A stretch of DNA of 64,000 nucleotides from Myxococcales bacterium (GTDB taxonomy: Bacteria; Myxococcota_A; Polyangia; Fen-1088): NCBI GenBank assembly GCA_022184915.1, contig JAGTJU010000008.1, forward strand, positions 6,760 through 70,759, read 5' to 3'. Positions 28,745 to 38,679 of the stretch are shown piece after piece (the stretch's first letter is position 1; the number at the start of each line of letters is the position of its first letter). A model generated the notes under the pieces. That model did not search any database and was not told the DNA's origin. It worked only from the letters and a program-made list of their open reading frames with translations. A program made the translations under genes and the position numbers.

Positions 28745-28867
28745 CTCTACGAAATCGTGCAGCGCCGCAAAGAATTGTCGCTGCGCTGGATTGCCGCCCA
28801 CTCGGGCAACCGTTGGAACGAATACGCCGACGCGCTGGCCACGGCCTATCGCCGTAGCGTGCGTTGA
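28742..28867 (+). pseudogene. RNase HI C-terminal fragment
   Basis: RLYEIVQRRKELSLRWIAAHSGNRWNEYADALA (W..HSG...NE.AD.LA motif). Confidence 0.75.
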
Positions 28868-29128
28868 GACAACCGAGAAGCTTCGCAGTGAGTCAGGCGT
28901 GGCAAGGTAGCCTGTGCTTCGATCCAAGCGAATATGAGAATCAAATTCAATTGCCAAGGCTTTTTGGCGATAGAACTCACGCAGCTCGGCGGTCACGTGG
29001 CGAGGCAAGCAGCGACCATTAGCATCGTCCTGCCAGCTTTGCGGGAAGCTGCCGAGGTGCGCCTGCATCACCTGTTCGTGGTGCCGGGGCTTTATCGGCG
29101 GTCAGGCTCACATGTTCGTCCCAGCCGC

Positions 29129-29497
29129 CTAACGGCCGATCGCAATGATCTGCTCCAGCGTGTCGCAGGCCGCATCGAAGGGCTCCTGTGCAACCCGCTT
29201 TAAGGGATGCGGTTTGGCATTGCGTGCGCGCCAATCGAACGACTTAGGCTGATGCCCCAAAATGTAGCTTGTCACACCCGTCGCGCCCTTGAATCGCACG
29301 GCGAACGGGTTTGTCTCATTGAACGCAGCCGTGGTCATCGGCAATCCTATGACGATCCCGGTGCGCAGGTTGAACTCGCGCGGAGAAAGCACCACAAGAG
29401 GATGAATATCCTTCATTTCTCTTCCCGCCTGCGGATTGCAATCGATCCAAATCATGTCTCGTCTATCCGGACACCAGGACGCTTTGGGCGTAGCCAC
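29129..29497 (-). CDS. mazF: MazF/PemK toxin
   Basis: PDRRDMIWIDCNPQAGREM...HP.VVLSP..FN..TG....PMTT; DWRAR. Confidence 0.9.
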   Translation of the reverse strand: MATPKASWCPDRRDMIWIDCNPQAGREMKDIHPLVVLSPREFNLRTGIVIGLPMTTAAFNETNPFAVRFKGATGVTSYILGHQPKSFDWRARNAKPHPLKRVAQEPFDAACDTLEQIIAIGR

Positions 29498-29757
29498 TAC
29501 AATGCTTCTTTCCCGCGTGGCACCGTAGCCATCACCTCGCCCCCGTGTTTGACTGGATCGAAGGCAGCTAGCTTCTGTGCGAGGGTGAGCTTGGCTTTCC
29601 CCAAAGACCGCACCACAACTGTTGATTCTTCCGCAACAACTTCCACTGGCTGGCCAATCTCGAAGTGCGCCGAGCGCGCCACTGCAGCGGGAATCCGAAC
29701 CGCCAAGCTGTTCCCCCACTGCTGGACTGTTGAGGTTGATCGCTTTGCGTTGGCCAT
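29497..29757 (-). CDS. mazE: MazE/AbrB antitoxin
   Basis: VQQWGNSLAVRIP; GGE....GKE tail. Confidence 0.92.
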   Translation of the reverse strand: MANAKRSTSTVQQWGNSLAVRIPAAVARSAHFEIGQPVEVVAEESTVVVRSLGKAKLTLAQKLAAFDPVKHGGEVMATVPRGKEAL

Positions 29758-29852
29758 GTAGATACAAGTATATACACCAAAGCCGGCCGCGGCAAGGGTC
29801 GCACCTAGATGGGGATAGGACGGACAAACACTGCGTCCTATCGCATCAAAAA

Positions 29853-31658
29853 TGTCAACGCAAAGTAGAAATGTCCGCTTTTCTGCAAGTTAGAAATGTC
29901 CTCCATGCGGCGCGTCAGGGGGTATTAGCGGAGGCGGGGTTTTGGCCACTTGTCCATAGATGCACGGCGGGCACGGCCCATGCCCAGGGCAGGTGGCGAC
30001 GTGCAGCTGTGGGCAAGTGCAGGGCCAAAAGCATGCCGCAGCGGCTGGTGAGCTACGCCAGCCGCTACGGCTACGTGGCGCCGTTGGTGCCCCGGTCCAG
30101 GGGGGGGGTCGACGCCTCGCGGGCTGCGGCTCTGCGGGCGCGTGCGGCTTCGGTGTAGCGACGCTGCTTGGCTTTTTGTTCCCGGTCAAACTCTTGCAAA
30201 TAGCTGGCGAAGGCTTCCGCTGCGCCAGGGTTAATGCCCGTGGGCGTTGGTCCCGCTGATTCAGCCTCCGCGCGTTGGGCACGCAATCGTTCCTTTTGTC
30301 GAAGCGTGAGCTTCTTGGACCTAAGACGGGCTTCATCTCGAACCTGCTGCTGCTGCTGAATGACCGCCAGCGCAGTGCCCAATCGATTGTTCTCGACAAT
30401 CTCACCCTGGTTCACGTGGGGACTCTTGTCGAAGAGTGCAAAGGAAAGCGGCTGGTTGTTGTGGCGCAATTGCACTTGGCCGTCTTTCCACAAGTGCACG
30501 CGCACGGTCTTTCCCGCAAGCTTGCTCGTTTCTGTCGTTGGTTCGACCAGATATGAGTTTCTCTGAAACTGCACCACCAGACTCTGCGACAGCTTTCGGT
30601 CCTCTTGCCACGTGAAGATGAGATTCAAGTCCTCGCCCTCAAGCAAGGGACGGTGGGCATTATGAAGACTGCGAGGAGCACGCTCGAAGCGGTTGTTGTA
30701 GGCGTCCATAAAGGCAGGGACGAAGGCATTCGCATCTTCCGCATTGCTGATACCATGAAGCCGCAGCTCCTTGACCAAACGGTCTTGCAGCGTCTTGTTC
30801 ATGCGCTCTACACGACCTTTGGCCTGCGCTGTGTTCGCACAAATGATGTCTATGTTTAGTTCTCCCAATGCGCGACCATACTGCGTGACACCCTTTGCCG
30901 CACCTGTTGAACCTTCCTGGTTTACTCGGAAGATGCTGTGTTTGTCGCTATAGAAGGCCGCTGGCTTTCCATGCTTCCGTACGTAGCTTGCAGTCGCATC
31001 GAAGTAGTCGAAGGCCGATTCCACTTCCACAAAGCGCAGCTCCATCAGCCTTCCCGTGGCATCGTCGATGAACACCAACAGGGTGCATCTTTGTCCGCGG
31101 CCCTCGAACCATTCGTGATCGCTCCCATCTATCTGAACCAGCTCACCAAGACAGTCCCGCCGTCTTCGCGGCTGGTGGATGCGCGGCCCTCGTTGCGCCC
31201 GCGGCGTCCAGATCTCGGCGCCGATCATCCACTTGCGCAACGTCTCCCGGGATACACGAACGCCATGTAGCTCAGTAAGTTTCTCGTGAGCCAACGTCGG
31301 CCCGAAGTCCCTGTAGCGCTCACTGATGAGACCTACGGCGTACTCTTGCACCACCTCCGGCAACTGACGGTTGCTGGGGCGTCCGCGCTTTCGCGACACG
31401 AGAGCCCGAGGCCCTTGACACCTCATGGACTGGCACAATCGGCGCACCTGGCGCTGACTAAGTCCCAGAACCATGGCGGCTTCTGCTTGCGTCAGCCGCT
31501 TTTCCAACACTCGCTGGACGACCTGCATTCGGTCCATTTCCAGCGCGCTCATCGTGACAAGATCCCTGGCCATTGCGGCCCGAGGCTGCCAGGCAGCGGC
31601 GCCCAAAAGAGGACATTTCTAAGTTGCACAAAGCGGACATTTTCACTTTGCGTCTACA
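29853..31658 (-). mobile_element. ISNCY/IS1202-like IS, second type
   Basis: Ends TGTCAACGCAAAGT and TGTAGACGCAAAGT with iterated GGACATTT; left end 5 bp from a XerC-like arm. Confidence 0.9.
30071..31573 (-). CDS. IS1202-like DDE transposase
   Basis: GELVQIDGS.H.WFE, IDDATG, YSDKHSIF, AKGRVER; paralog of 9550-11133. Confidence 0.93.
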   Translation of the reverse strand: MARDLVTMSALEMDRMQVVQRVLEKRLTQAEAAMVLGLSQRQVRRLCQSMRCQGPRALVSRKRGRPSNRQLPEVVQEYAVGLISERYRDFGPTLAHEKLTELHGVRVSRETLRKWMIGAEIWTPRAQRGPRIHQPRRRRDCLGELVQIDGSDHEWFEGRGQRCTLLVFIDDATGRLMELRFVEVESAFDYFDATASYVRKHGKPAAFYSDKHSIFRVNQEGSTGAAKGVTQYGRALGELNIDIICANTAQAKGRVERMNKTLQDRLVKELRLHGISNAEDANAFVPAFMDAYNNRFERAPRSLHNAHRPLLEGEDLNLIFTWQEDRKLSQSLVVQFQRNSYLVEPTTETSKLAGKTVRVHLWKDGQVQLRHNNQPLSFALFDKSPHVNQGEIVENNRLGTALAVIQQQQQVRDEARLRSKKLTLRQKERLRAQRAEAESAGPTPTGINPGAAEAFASYLQEFDREQKAKQRRYTEAARARRAAAREASTPPLDRGTNGAT

Positions 31659-31663
31659 TCAGA

Positions 31664-31728
31664 AAGCCCGATAAAATATGTTCTGTCAACTAACGTAAGC
31701 CGCCTTGCGCCCTAAGCTGGCTGCCGGG
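31664..31728 (+). repeat. dif-like site 6
   Basis: AAGCCCGATAA-AATATG-TTCTGTCAACT-AACGTAAGCCGCCTTGCGCCCTAAGCTGGCTGCCGGG. Confidence 0.85.
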
Positions 31729-31783
31729 CGCCTCGGCGTCAGACCAGACGGGGTTTTTCTTTTCTTCCGGGCGCAAGATACTC

Positions 31784-34330
31784 ATGGATGCCGAGACTCC
31801 GAATTCTATGACCCCACCGCGCACGTCTGTGCCCTTCGCCGCTGCGCTGGCGCTTGCGTTGACGAGCGGCGCTGCGGCGCTGGGTCACGAGCTGCTGTGG
31901 ACGCGGCGGTTGCTGGATGTCACGGGAAGCAGCGCCGCGTCGGGTACGCGCGTGTTTGGCGCGTTTTTCCTTGGTCTTTCGCTTGGCGCTCTCGTGATCG
32001 CGCGGCACTCTGTCTTCACGAGGCGGCCCTGGCTTTGGCTTGCACTGGCCGAGCTCGCGATCGCCGCGCTCAGCGCTCCTCTACTTTTCCTACCAGAATT
32101 CACAGACTGGATTTGGCCCTGGCTCGGCCGCGCGCCTCTGACGGGCGCGGCGGGAGGGGCCATCAAGCTCCTGGTGTCTATCGTGTTCGTCTGCCCACCC
32201 GCCGTGATGATGGGCACCACGCTGCCGCTGTTGGCCGCTGCCGCGGTGGATGCGCAGCCCAATATGGCACGCCATGGGATTTGGCTCTACGGCGCAAACA
32301 CGGCGGGAGGCGTGCTTGGTCTCATCCTGGTGCTGCTCGTGCTCATGCCCGTGCTAGGGGTGCGGGGCGCGATGACGATGATCCTCCTCAATGCGATCGT
32401 GGCGGGGGTGGCCTTTGGGTTCGCGCGTTCCCGCCCGCGGGCGGCTGCGGCGCGGCCCCTTCCACGCGGCGACGTGGCCGAGGGAACACGCCCCCCTCGT
32501 TGGGTCATCGCGCTGGCGGCCTTTTCGGGCTTCGGAATTCTCGCCGCTGAGGTGATCGCGCTACGCCTCCTCATGCTCCTGGCCACCACTTCCTTGCACG
32601 CTCCGTTCGGGGTGCTGGTCGCTGTGATCCTCGCGCTGGCCGCGGCCGCCTTTGCAACGCCGCTCGTGCGTACGTCCCTGTCCCTGCAGGCGGTGACGGC
32701 GTTCGCGCTGGTTGCCGCGGGCCTGTGCTTCGCGCTTGCGCCCTTTCTCTTCGTCCAAGTGGCGGCCCATCCCGATTGGCTCAGCGCCGCGGGGGCGGGC
32801 GCTTTCGTTGCGCGGTTGGCTCTGCTCACGCTCGCGGTGATCGGCCCTGGCGTGTTGTTTGCGGGAACGGTGTTTCCAAACCTGTTTCGTTTGGCACGTG
32901 GTCGCAACGGTCATGCCTCGGCTCTCGCGTGGTTGCTCGCGGCCAACGGTCTGGGCGGTCTGATTGGCGCCGAAGTGGCGTATCGAGGGCTGTTGCCCTG
33001 GCTCGGACCACACGTCGCGTTGGGCGCTGTCGGGCTGCTCTACGTCGTGGCCGGTGCCTTGATGGCGGCGTTGGCAAAGTCGATGCGGCACGTATTTCTG
33101 GCGGCCCCGGTGCTCGCTGGGGTCGTGGCGCTCGTGTTCGTGCCCTTGAGGAATCTGCCCATCGTGAACCCCCACATGAACTTCGCCATCATCGCGCAGG
33201 AAAGTGGACGTGAGGGCACGCTGGTGGTGGCCGACCACCCGCAGATGGGGCGCCTGATGCTGGTCGACAACCAGTATGTGCTCGGAAGCACGAGCGCTCG
33301 CCACGATCAAGAACGCCAGGCCCACCTCGCGTTGCTGCTGCATCCGCTCCCGCGGCGTGTGGCCTTCATCGGGGTAGCCACTGGCATGACGCCCGGGGCG
33401 GCGCTGATGCATCCCGAGGTGCAAGCCATCGAGGCGATCGAGCTCTCCGAAGTGGTGACACGTATGGCCCGCCAGCACTTCGGCGATGTCAATCATCACG
33501 TGCTGGATCACGAAAAGGTGACGGTAGCCGTTGAGGACGGACGCAGCTATCTGGCCGCTGCACAGGACGCCTTCGACGTCGTTGCGGGGGATCTGTTTTT
33601 GCCGTGGGGCGCGGGGGCGGGAAGCCTTTACAGCCTTGAACACTTTCGCGCCGTCAAGCGTGCCCTTCGGGAGGGAGGGCTGTTTTGCCAGTGGTTGCCG
33701 GCCTACCAGCTGACGAGCGATCAGCTCACCCTCATCATCAACACCTTCCTTCAGGTGTTCCCCGAGGCGGAGCTGTTTCGCGGCGGGTTTCATCCCGACC
33801 GGCCAACGCTTGCGCTGATCGGCCTCAAGGGGCCCGGCCTCGATTGGAACGTTGTGCGCCAGCGCGCCGACGCCTTGCGCGCGCGTGATGACGTCAAGGA
33901 CCCGAGCGTGCGTTCACAAGAGGCCCTGGCGCTGCTTCACCTTGGCCCTGCAGCGCCGCTGGTGCAGCCCGCGACGCCTGTGAACACGCTGGCCAACATG
34001 CTGTTCGAGCGCGATGCCAGCAAGGTCCGTCTTTCCGGGGGCGGCCAGGGACTCTATCTCTACAATCGCAACTGGACCACGTTCCTCGAAGGCCGCTACC
34101 GACATTTGGGCTCGGGCGCGGCTGAACTCACTCGGTCAGAGGCCGTGCGAAGGTGGGCCCGTCTCGGCATCATGCTCACCAACTGGGAGATAGCCCGTCG
34201 CACAGGGCATGCATCGGCCCCGGATCTGCAGCGGCAGATTGCGCAGGCGTTTCCGCGCTCGGTGGCCGCCGACCATGGCGCGGACTGGTCACATTGGCCC
34301 GGACTCGGCCGATGGCAACTCGAGCGCTGA
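31784..34330 (+). CDS. fused multi-TM / spermidine-synthase-like methyltransferase
   Basis: ELLWTR.L....GS, LYGANTAG, many TM segments, IGVATGMT, VEDGR..L, FDVV.GDLF.PW, CQWLP.YQ. Confidence 0.88.
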   Translation: MDAETPNSMTPPRTSVPFAAALALALTSGAAALGHELLWTRRLLDVTGSSAASGTRVFGAFFLGLSLGALVIARHSVFTRRPWLWLALAELAIAALSAPLLFLPEFTDWIWPWLGRAPLTGAAGGAIKLLVSIVFVCPPAVMMGTTLPLLAAAAVDAQPNMARHGIWLYGANTAGGVLGLILVLLVLMPVLGVRGAMTMILLNAIVAGVAFGFARSRPRAAAARPLPRGDVAEGTRPPRWVIALAAFSGFGILAAEVIALRLLMLLATTSLHAPFGVLVAVILALAAAAFATPLVRTSLSLQAVTAFALVAAGLCFALAPFLFVQVAAHPDWLSAAGAGAFVARLALLTLAVIGPGVLFAGTVFPNLFRLARGRNGHASALAWLLAANGLGGLIGAEVAYRGLLPWLGPHVALGAVGLLYVVAGALMAALAKSMRHVFLAAPVLAGVVALVFVPLRNLPIVNPHMNFAIIAQESGREGTLVVADHPQMGRLMLVDNQYVLGSTSARHDQERQAHLALLLHPLPRRVAFIGVATGMTPGAALMHPEVQAIEAIELSEVVTRMARQHFGDVNHHVLDHEKVTVAVEDGRSYLAAAQDAFDVVAGDLFLPWGAGAGSLYSLEHFRAVKRALREGGLFCQWLPAYQLTSDQLTLIINTFLQVFPEAELFRGGFHPDRPTLALIGLKGPGLDWNVVRQRADALRARDDVKDPSVRSQEALALLHLGPAAPLVQPATPVNTLANMLFERDASKVRLSGGGQGLYLYNRNWTTFLEGRYRHLGSGAAELTRSEAVRRWARLGIMLTNWEIARRTGHASAPDLQRQIAQAFPRSVAADHGADWSHWPGLGRWQLER

Positions 34331-34622
34331 GACGGAAGTGGTTCGAGGCGAAGGAGCGACTGCACGCGGCCGAAGTCCCTGTGTCGAACCGTTCTTACGC
34401 AATTGACTTGCAGAATATAAATAAAATGCAGAAATGAATGAGTTGCATTAATTCGGGCTGCGGGCTAGGGTACATGAGCGTCGGGCGGCAGGGGCGGGTC
34501 AGCCAGGGTTCGTGAAAAGTCCGTGGCGGGGTGTGGGGCCACTCCCGGCGCAGTTTCCTTCCCCAGCAGGAGGGGGACCCTCTACGTGTGCGTCCCGGCG
34601 CCGCCCATGGCCGTGATGGCGG

Positions 34623-35244
34623 CTAGCCACCGATTACAAAGCCGAACCGCGCCTGATCAGTGCGGCCATCGGCCAACTCCACGTTCACGGTCGTAAGCCA
34701 GTACCCTGGCATGAACAAATTCACGGGCGCGGCCTGATACTGACCTGACTGAGGCCCCGACGTCACGACGACCGTCGTTCCGGACCCATGTCCATGGTCC
34801 GGCATGCGAGGCACCACCGTAACTCTCGCCCCCTCGGGCCGCGTGCCGTCGATTGGCCTCACGAGCAACGACCACTGGCTTTGTCCCTTCAGGGGTGGCG
34901 GAGGCGTCGCCTCGAGAAGGGTGACCTCAATGAGGCCTCTTTCACCTGTTGCCACCATGCCGGGAACGAAGACCAGCGCCCGCGCGTCGCGTGGGTCCAC
35001 CTGAAGCGGGGGGGGCCGCGTCCCCCGGCGGACTTTGCCCCAGGCCTTCGTCGTTCCTTTCCCCTGCGTCCTCGGTTGGTCCTTGGCCGAGAGGCGCAGG
35101 GCCAGCCGCATCCGTCGGGGAGGGGGCCGGGTCATCGCAGCCGGCCAGGACGAGCAGGGCCCAGAGCGGCGCCAGAGCGAGGAACTCCCCCCGGCGGATG
35201 CGGCTTCCGGGCCTTCCTCTGCGAATCAAGGCGCGCAGCAACAT
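34623..35244 (-). pseudogene. YtkA/FixH-like lipoprotein, frameshifted at a C8 run
   Basis: LAGC lipobox in one frame; P.MPDHGHG and NLFMPG.W in another; C7 at 35008-35015 would join them. Confidence 0.75.
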
Positions 35245-36122
35245 CAATCCGAGACCTTGATGGTCGCGGCTACGGGTTGCAACTGGGTCCGCACATACTG
35301 GACCGCCCGCTCGATCTCCGCCCGCGAAAACACCTTGTGGTACGGCGACATGTGGGAGAAAGCTGAACCATCGGGCAGGCGACCGATGGACCCGAAGGCT
35401 ACCATGCGCGCCTGTTCCGCGGCAGAACGCTTTTCGAGCCAGTTCGCGATGGTGCGACCGCCGGCCTGCTCCTGCTCGCCGGGCATGAAGTAGACTTTGA
35501 ACTTGGTCAGGTCGACAGCTTGGCCAGACCAATCCGCATGGCAATTCGTGCAGGCGCGGGGCCCGGTCTCGGGCAGCATCGCCTCGTAGACCTCTTTACC
35601 CGTTTTTCCCGCGTCGGCAGGCAACACGACGCAGCTAATCCCGTTGCAGCCATTCGTTCCCGCACAGGTGTGTTCGGTCGTGACGCCGGGATCCCAGTCC
35701 CCGTAGGAAAAGCCCGCGCAGCTGTTGACGCCCGCGCAGGCGGCGTGCACCTGCGTGTAGCCTGCGCGCTGATCACAGGCTTGCTTGATCTCCGCGAAGG
35801 TGCGGGTGCCTTCCGTTTCCAGAGTGACCATGGGTCCCACGGGAGCTGCCGCGTCCGCAGGGGCAGGGGCCGCGTCGGGAAGCGAACAAACTCCCCCATC
35901 GCTTGGCCCGGCATCGGCTTGCGGGGGAGGGCAGGAGCACATCGACGACGCGTCGAGGACCACGGGGTCGGGTTCCATGGTCGCATCGTCACTGCATCCC
36001 AGAGCCCCGACGCCCAGCAAGCCGGTCAGGGCGCTGGTCATCAGGGCACGCGTGGGCGTGCTCGCGACGTTCGAGGGAAGGGCCGGTGCGATGAGGCTGA
36101 AGAGGCGAGCTCTACGGGACAT
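35244..36122 (-). CDS. lipoprotein with bufferin-like CAGxNxCxG repeats and a CxxCH heme motif
   Basis: ALGC lipobox; CAGVNSCAG and HTCAGTNGCNG; CTNCH with downstream M.PY. Confidence 0.7.
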   Translation of the reverse strand: MSRRARLFSLIAPALPSNVASTPTRALMTSALTGLLGVGALGCSDDATMEPDPVVLDASSMCSCPPPQADAGPSDGGVCSLPDAAPAPADAAAPVGPMVTLETEGTRTFAEIKQACDQRAGYTQVHAACAGVNSCAGFSYGDWDPGVTTEHTCAGTNGCNGISCVVLPADAGKTGKEVYEAMLPETGPRACTNCHADWSGQAVDLTKFKVYFMPGEQEQAGGRTIANWLEKRSAAEQARMVAFGSIGRLPDGSAFSHMSPYHKVFSRAEIERAVQYVRTQLQPVAATIKVSD

Positions 36123-36253
36123 GGTTTCCTCTGTAGTCGTTGACGGCCCGGAAGGCCCAAGTTACGTGAAGTGCGCATCCTCTCCGCGATGGCGGTTCGT
36201 GGGAATGCGACACTTTGTCGCAGGGAGCTTTTTCCGCTGCGGATCGTAGGAAC

Positions 36254-36846
36254 TCACTTCAAGATGGCGCGCATGTCTCGAAAACCCGCCGTATCGGGCG
36301 GAGACACATCGAACCCCTCGGTCCCGATATCGACCGAAACCGTGTGGTTAGCCCCCGCGCCGTTGCGATCGGTGAGCTCCATTCTCAGTGCGTAACCCCC
36401 TGCAGCGATCTCACACCCGTGCAAATCCCGAAGGTCCCAAACAACCTCGTGAACCGTGTGTCCCGTCAAGGTAGCACCCGTGATGGCATCCACCTCGTTG
36501 CCCCCCGAGACGGCGAGCCAGGCCGAGAGCCACTTGGCGCGCACGTTGCCCCACGAAGCGAGCGTACGGACGAACTGCCCTTGGCTCGTCTCCATCCAAA
36601 TGGCGCCCACGTTCTTGGGTGCGAAGCGGCCTCCCAGGGGAGCCGTGCGGACCGTGAAGGTGAGCGTGCGTTCAGATCGTGGAACCGCGCACGCCGGATT
36701 GTTGTCCGGAGCGTCCGCAGACCCTGCATCTCGGACGAACAGCTCGGTAGGCAGGGTAAGCGCGTCGGTGTCAAGGAAGTCTTTGGCTGGGTCTGTCGGG
36801 TAGCAGGCCGTGAGGCAAACCAGGACGAGAGCCGAAAGCCACGACG
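36254..36846 (-). CDS. DUF2271-like lipoprotein lacking its start codon
   Basis: LTAC lipobox, P.NVGAIW.E...G.FVRTL..W, VDAITGATL, G.Y.L.ME; no nearby in-frame start. Confidence 0.7.
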
Positions 36847-37954
36847 CGCGAGCGGGTGCGCCCTGTTTCTGGGTTCGTTCGTCGTGGGGGCGTTCTCCTG
36901 CGGGGGGCCTGCTCGGACCACGTTGGCCTCGTCCTCCGTCTACGTGCGGGCGGATACCGACCGCACCACCGTCGTCTCCCCGGAGATTCGCGCCGCGGCC
37001 GCGGTGGGAGAGAGGGTCACCGTCGAGGCCTCCGAGGTCGTGGATGCGTGGACGGGCGCCTCGATCGACGTCATCACGGCTGCCACCGGCACCATCCGCG
37101 AGCGGCGCTTCGAGACGAACGCCCAGGTGGGCTACAGGGGTGACCTCTGGGCGTTCGCCCTGGGGCTTCGGCACTCTTTCGAGAACGACTACGGGTCTTT
37201 GGGGGGCTCGCTGCGGCTGGCGGCTGACGTCTTCCAGCGCAACACCACCTTGGCTTTGGTGGGTTTTGGAAGCACGGATGCAGTGGGACGTGCGGGAGAT
37301 CCAGGCTTCCGCCGCGGGGTCGTGCAGCTGGGGGGGCGTGTCTCCGTCACGCAGGTGTTGACGCGTTCGACGCTGGCCGAGTTGCAGTGGGAGAGCGTTC
37401 GCCTCGAAGGATATCAAGCGAGTCCCTATCGCTTCGTGGGCGTTGGTGGCGATGGCGTGTGTGGGGGGCGAGCGGTGTTCTGTCTGCCCGAACATGTACC
37501 GGACGGTCGTCTGCGCAACGCACCCTCGATCCGGTTGCGCCAGGCGCTCTCCACCCGCGCCTCTTTGGGTTGCGATTATCGCTTCTACTTCGATTCTTGG
37601 GGCTTGCAGTCCCACACCATCGAACCTGACCTTGCCTGGCTGATGGGGCGGTCGGGAACGTTGAGCGTAAGCTTTCGCCATCACACGCAAGGACGGGCTG
37701 ACTTTTACCGCGCTCGTTACCTTGGTCTCGACGGCAGTGAAGGATTTTTTACGCGTGATCGCAAGCTCTCGACGTTCTCGTACCATGGTGTGGGACTCTC
37801 CTACGTTCACGATCTGAGGCTTCGCGACGAGGGTACGGTCCTGCAACTGGGGGCTCGTGCCGCCTTTACACGATTTCATTATCTGGAGTTCCTTGGGCTT
37901 GAACGGGTATCGGTGCTCGAGACCACGGCGTACGTCGCCTTGCGCTTCGAGTGA
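36847..37954 (+). CDS. DUF3570-like outer-membrane protein on an apparently inverted segment
   Basis: D.T.VVSP, VDAWTGASIDV...A, ENDY, E.VPD.R.R, YRFY.DSWG..SHT, DRKLS. Confidence 0.75.
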
Positions 37955-38679
37955 CGTCGGCGCAGGTGACGACCCGCAACGAGGGCGAGACAAGCCCATG
38001 GCACAGACGGGATGCTCCCCCCGGCGGCGGACAGTGAACAGCCCGCCAGGGGTGTGCCTTCGGCGCGCAGTTCGTGACGAACTTCGAGCACACCGTCACC
38101 TTGGCTGTCGCCTGCGCTGTTTGAAAGCACCACCCCGAGTGCGAAGGTCAGCGACTTCGTCGGGGGCGCTGTAAAGGAGAGCGAGACCTCGCTGGCGCCG
38201 CAGTCGAGAACACCCACCACGCGCCGGAAACCAAGGTCATGCGCGTAAAACGCAGGTGGCGCGCTACCGACTTCGTCGCAGCGGGATGCTGGGTTCGCCT
38301 CGGCAGCAGGGGGCAATGTCACGGGAGGTGAACGGCCGAGGTCATCCATCAGTTCCATTTGCAGTGCGTGAGAGCCCCGATCCGGTGGCCAGCTCAGAGT
38401 GAGATTGTAGGTGGCGCCGGGAATGAAGGTGCGGGGCAGGGCGCTCTCGACGGGGGCGTCGTTCGTGAGGTTCCGCCAGGCGATGGCCACGACCGGCTCG
38501 GGGCCTCCCTCGTGGCATACACCGCAGCCAAACCCATCACCTGGCGCTCCCGTGAATTGTCTGCCCCCGCCACCGCCCTCCAGCGCCGGCAGCGCGAAGC
38601 GCCCGGGGTCCGAGAACGCCTGCGCAGATGAAGGAGCTGCAAGACCTGCGAGGCAGAACGCGGCCATCAGTGGCTTCAT
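37879..38679 (-). CDS. secreted protein with CxxCH motif (reeler-like)
   Basis: Signal peptide; FTGAPGDGFGCGVCHEGG; F.PG.TY; the 3' end runs into the inverted segment. Confidence 0.65.
   Translation of the reverse strand: MKPLMAAFCLAGLAAPSSAQAFSDPGRFALPALEGGGGGRQFTGAPGDGFGCGVCHEGGPEPVVAIAWRNLTNDAPVESALPRTFIPGATYNLTLSWPPDRGSHALQMELMDDLGRSPPVTLPPAAEANPASRCDEVGSAPPAFYAHDLGFRRVVGVLDCGASEVSLSFTAPPTKSLTFALGVVLSNSAGDSQGDGVLEVRHELRAEGTPLAGCSLSAAGGSIPSVPWACLALVAGRHLRRRHSKRKATYAVVSSTDTRSSPRNSR

Noticed and set aside
28930-29100. Possible degraded IS91 transposase N-terminus (LPRHVTAELREF)
   Set aside because: Too short and divergent to support without a search.
34400-34452. AT-rich patch as a promoter or Fur-like operator
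   Set aside because: Lies between convergent genes, -35/-10 spacing is wrong and the palindrome is weak.
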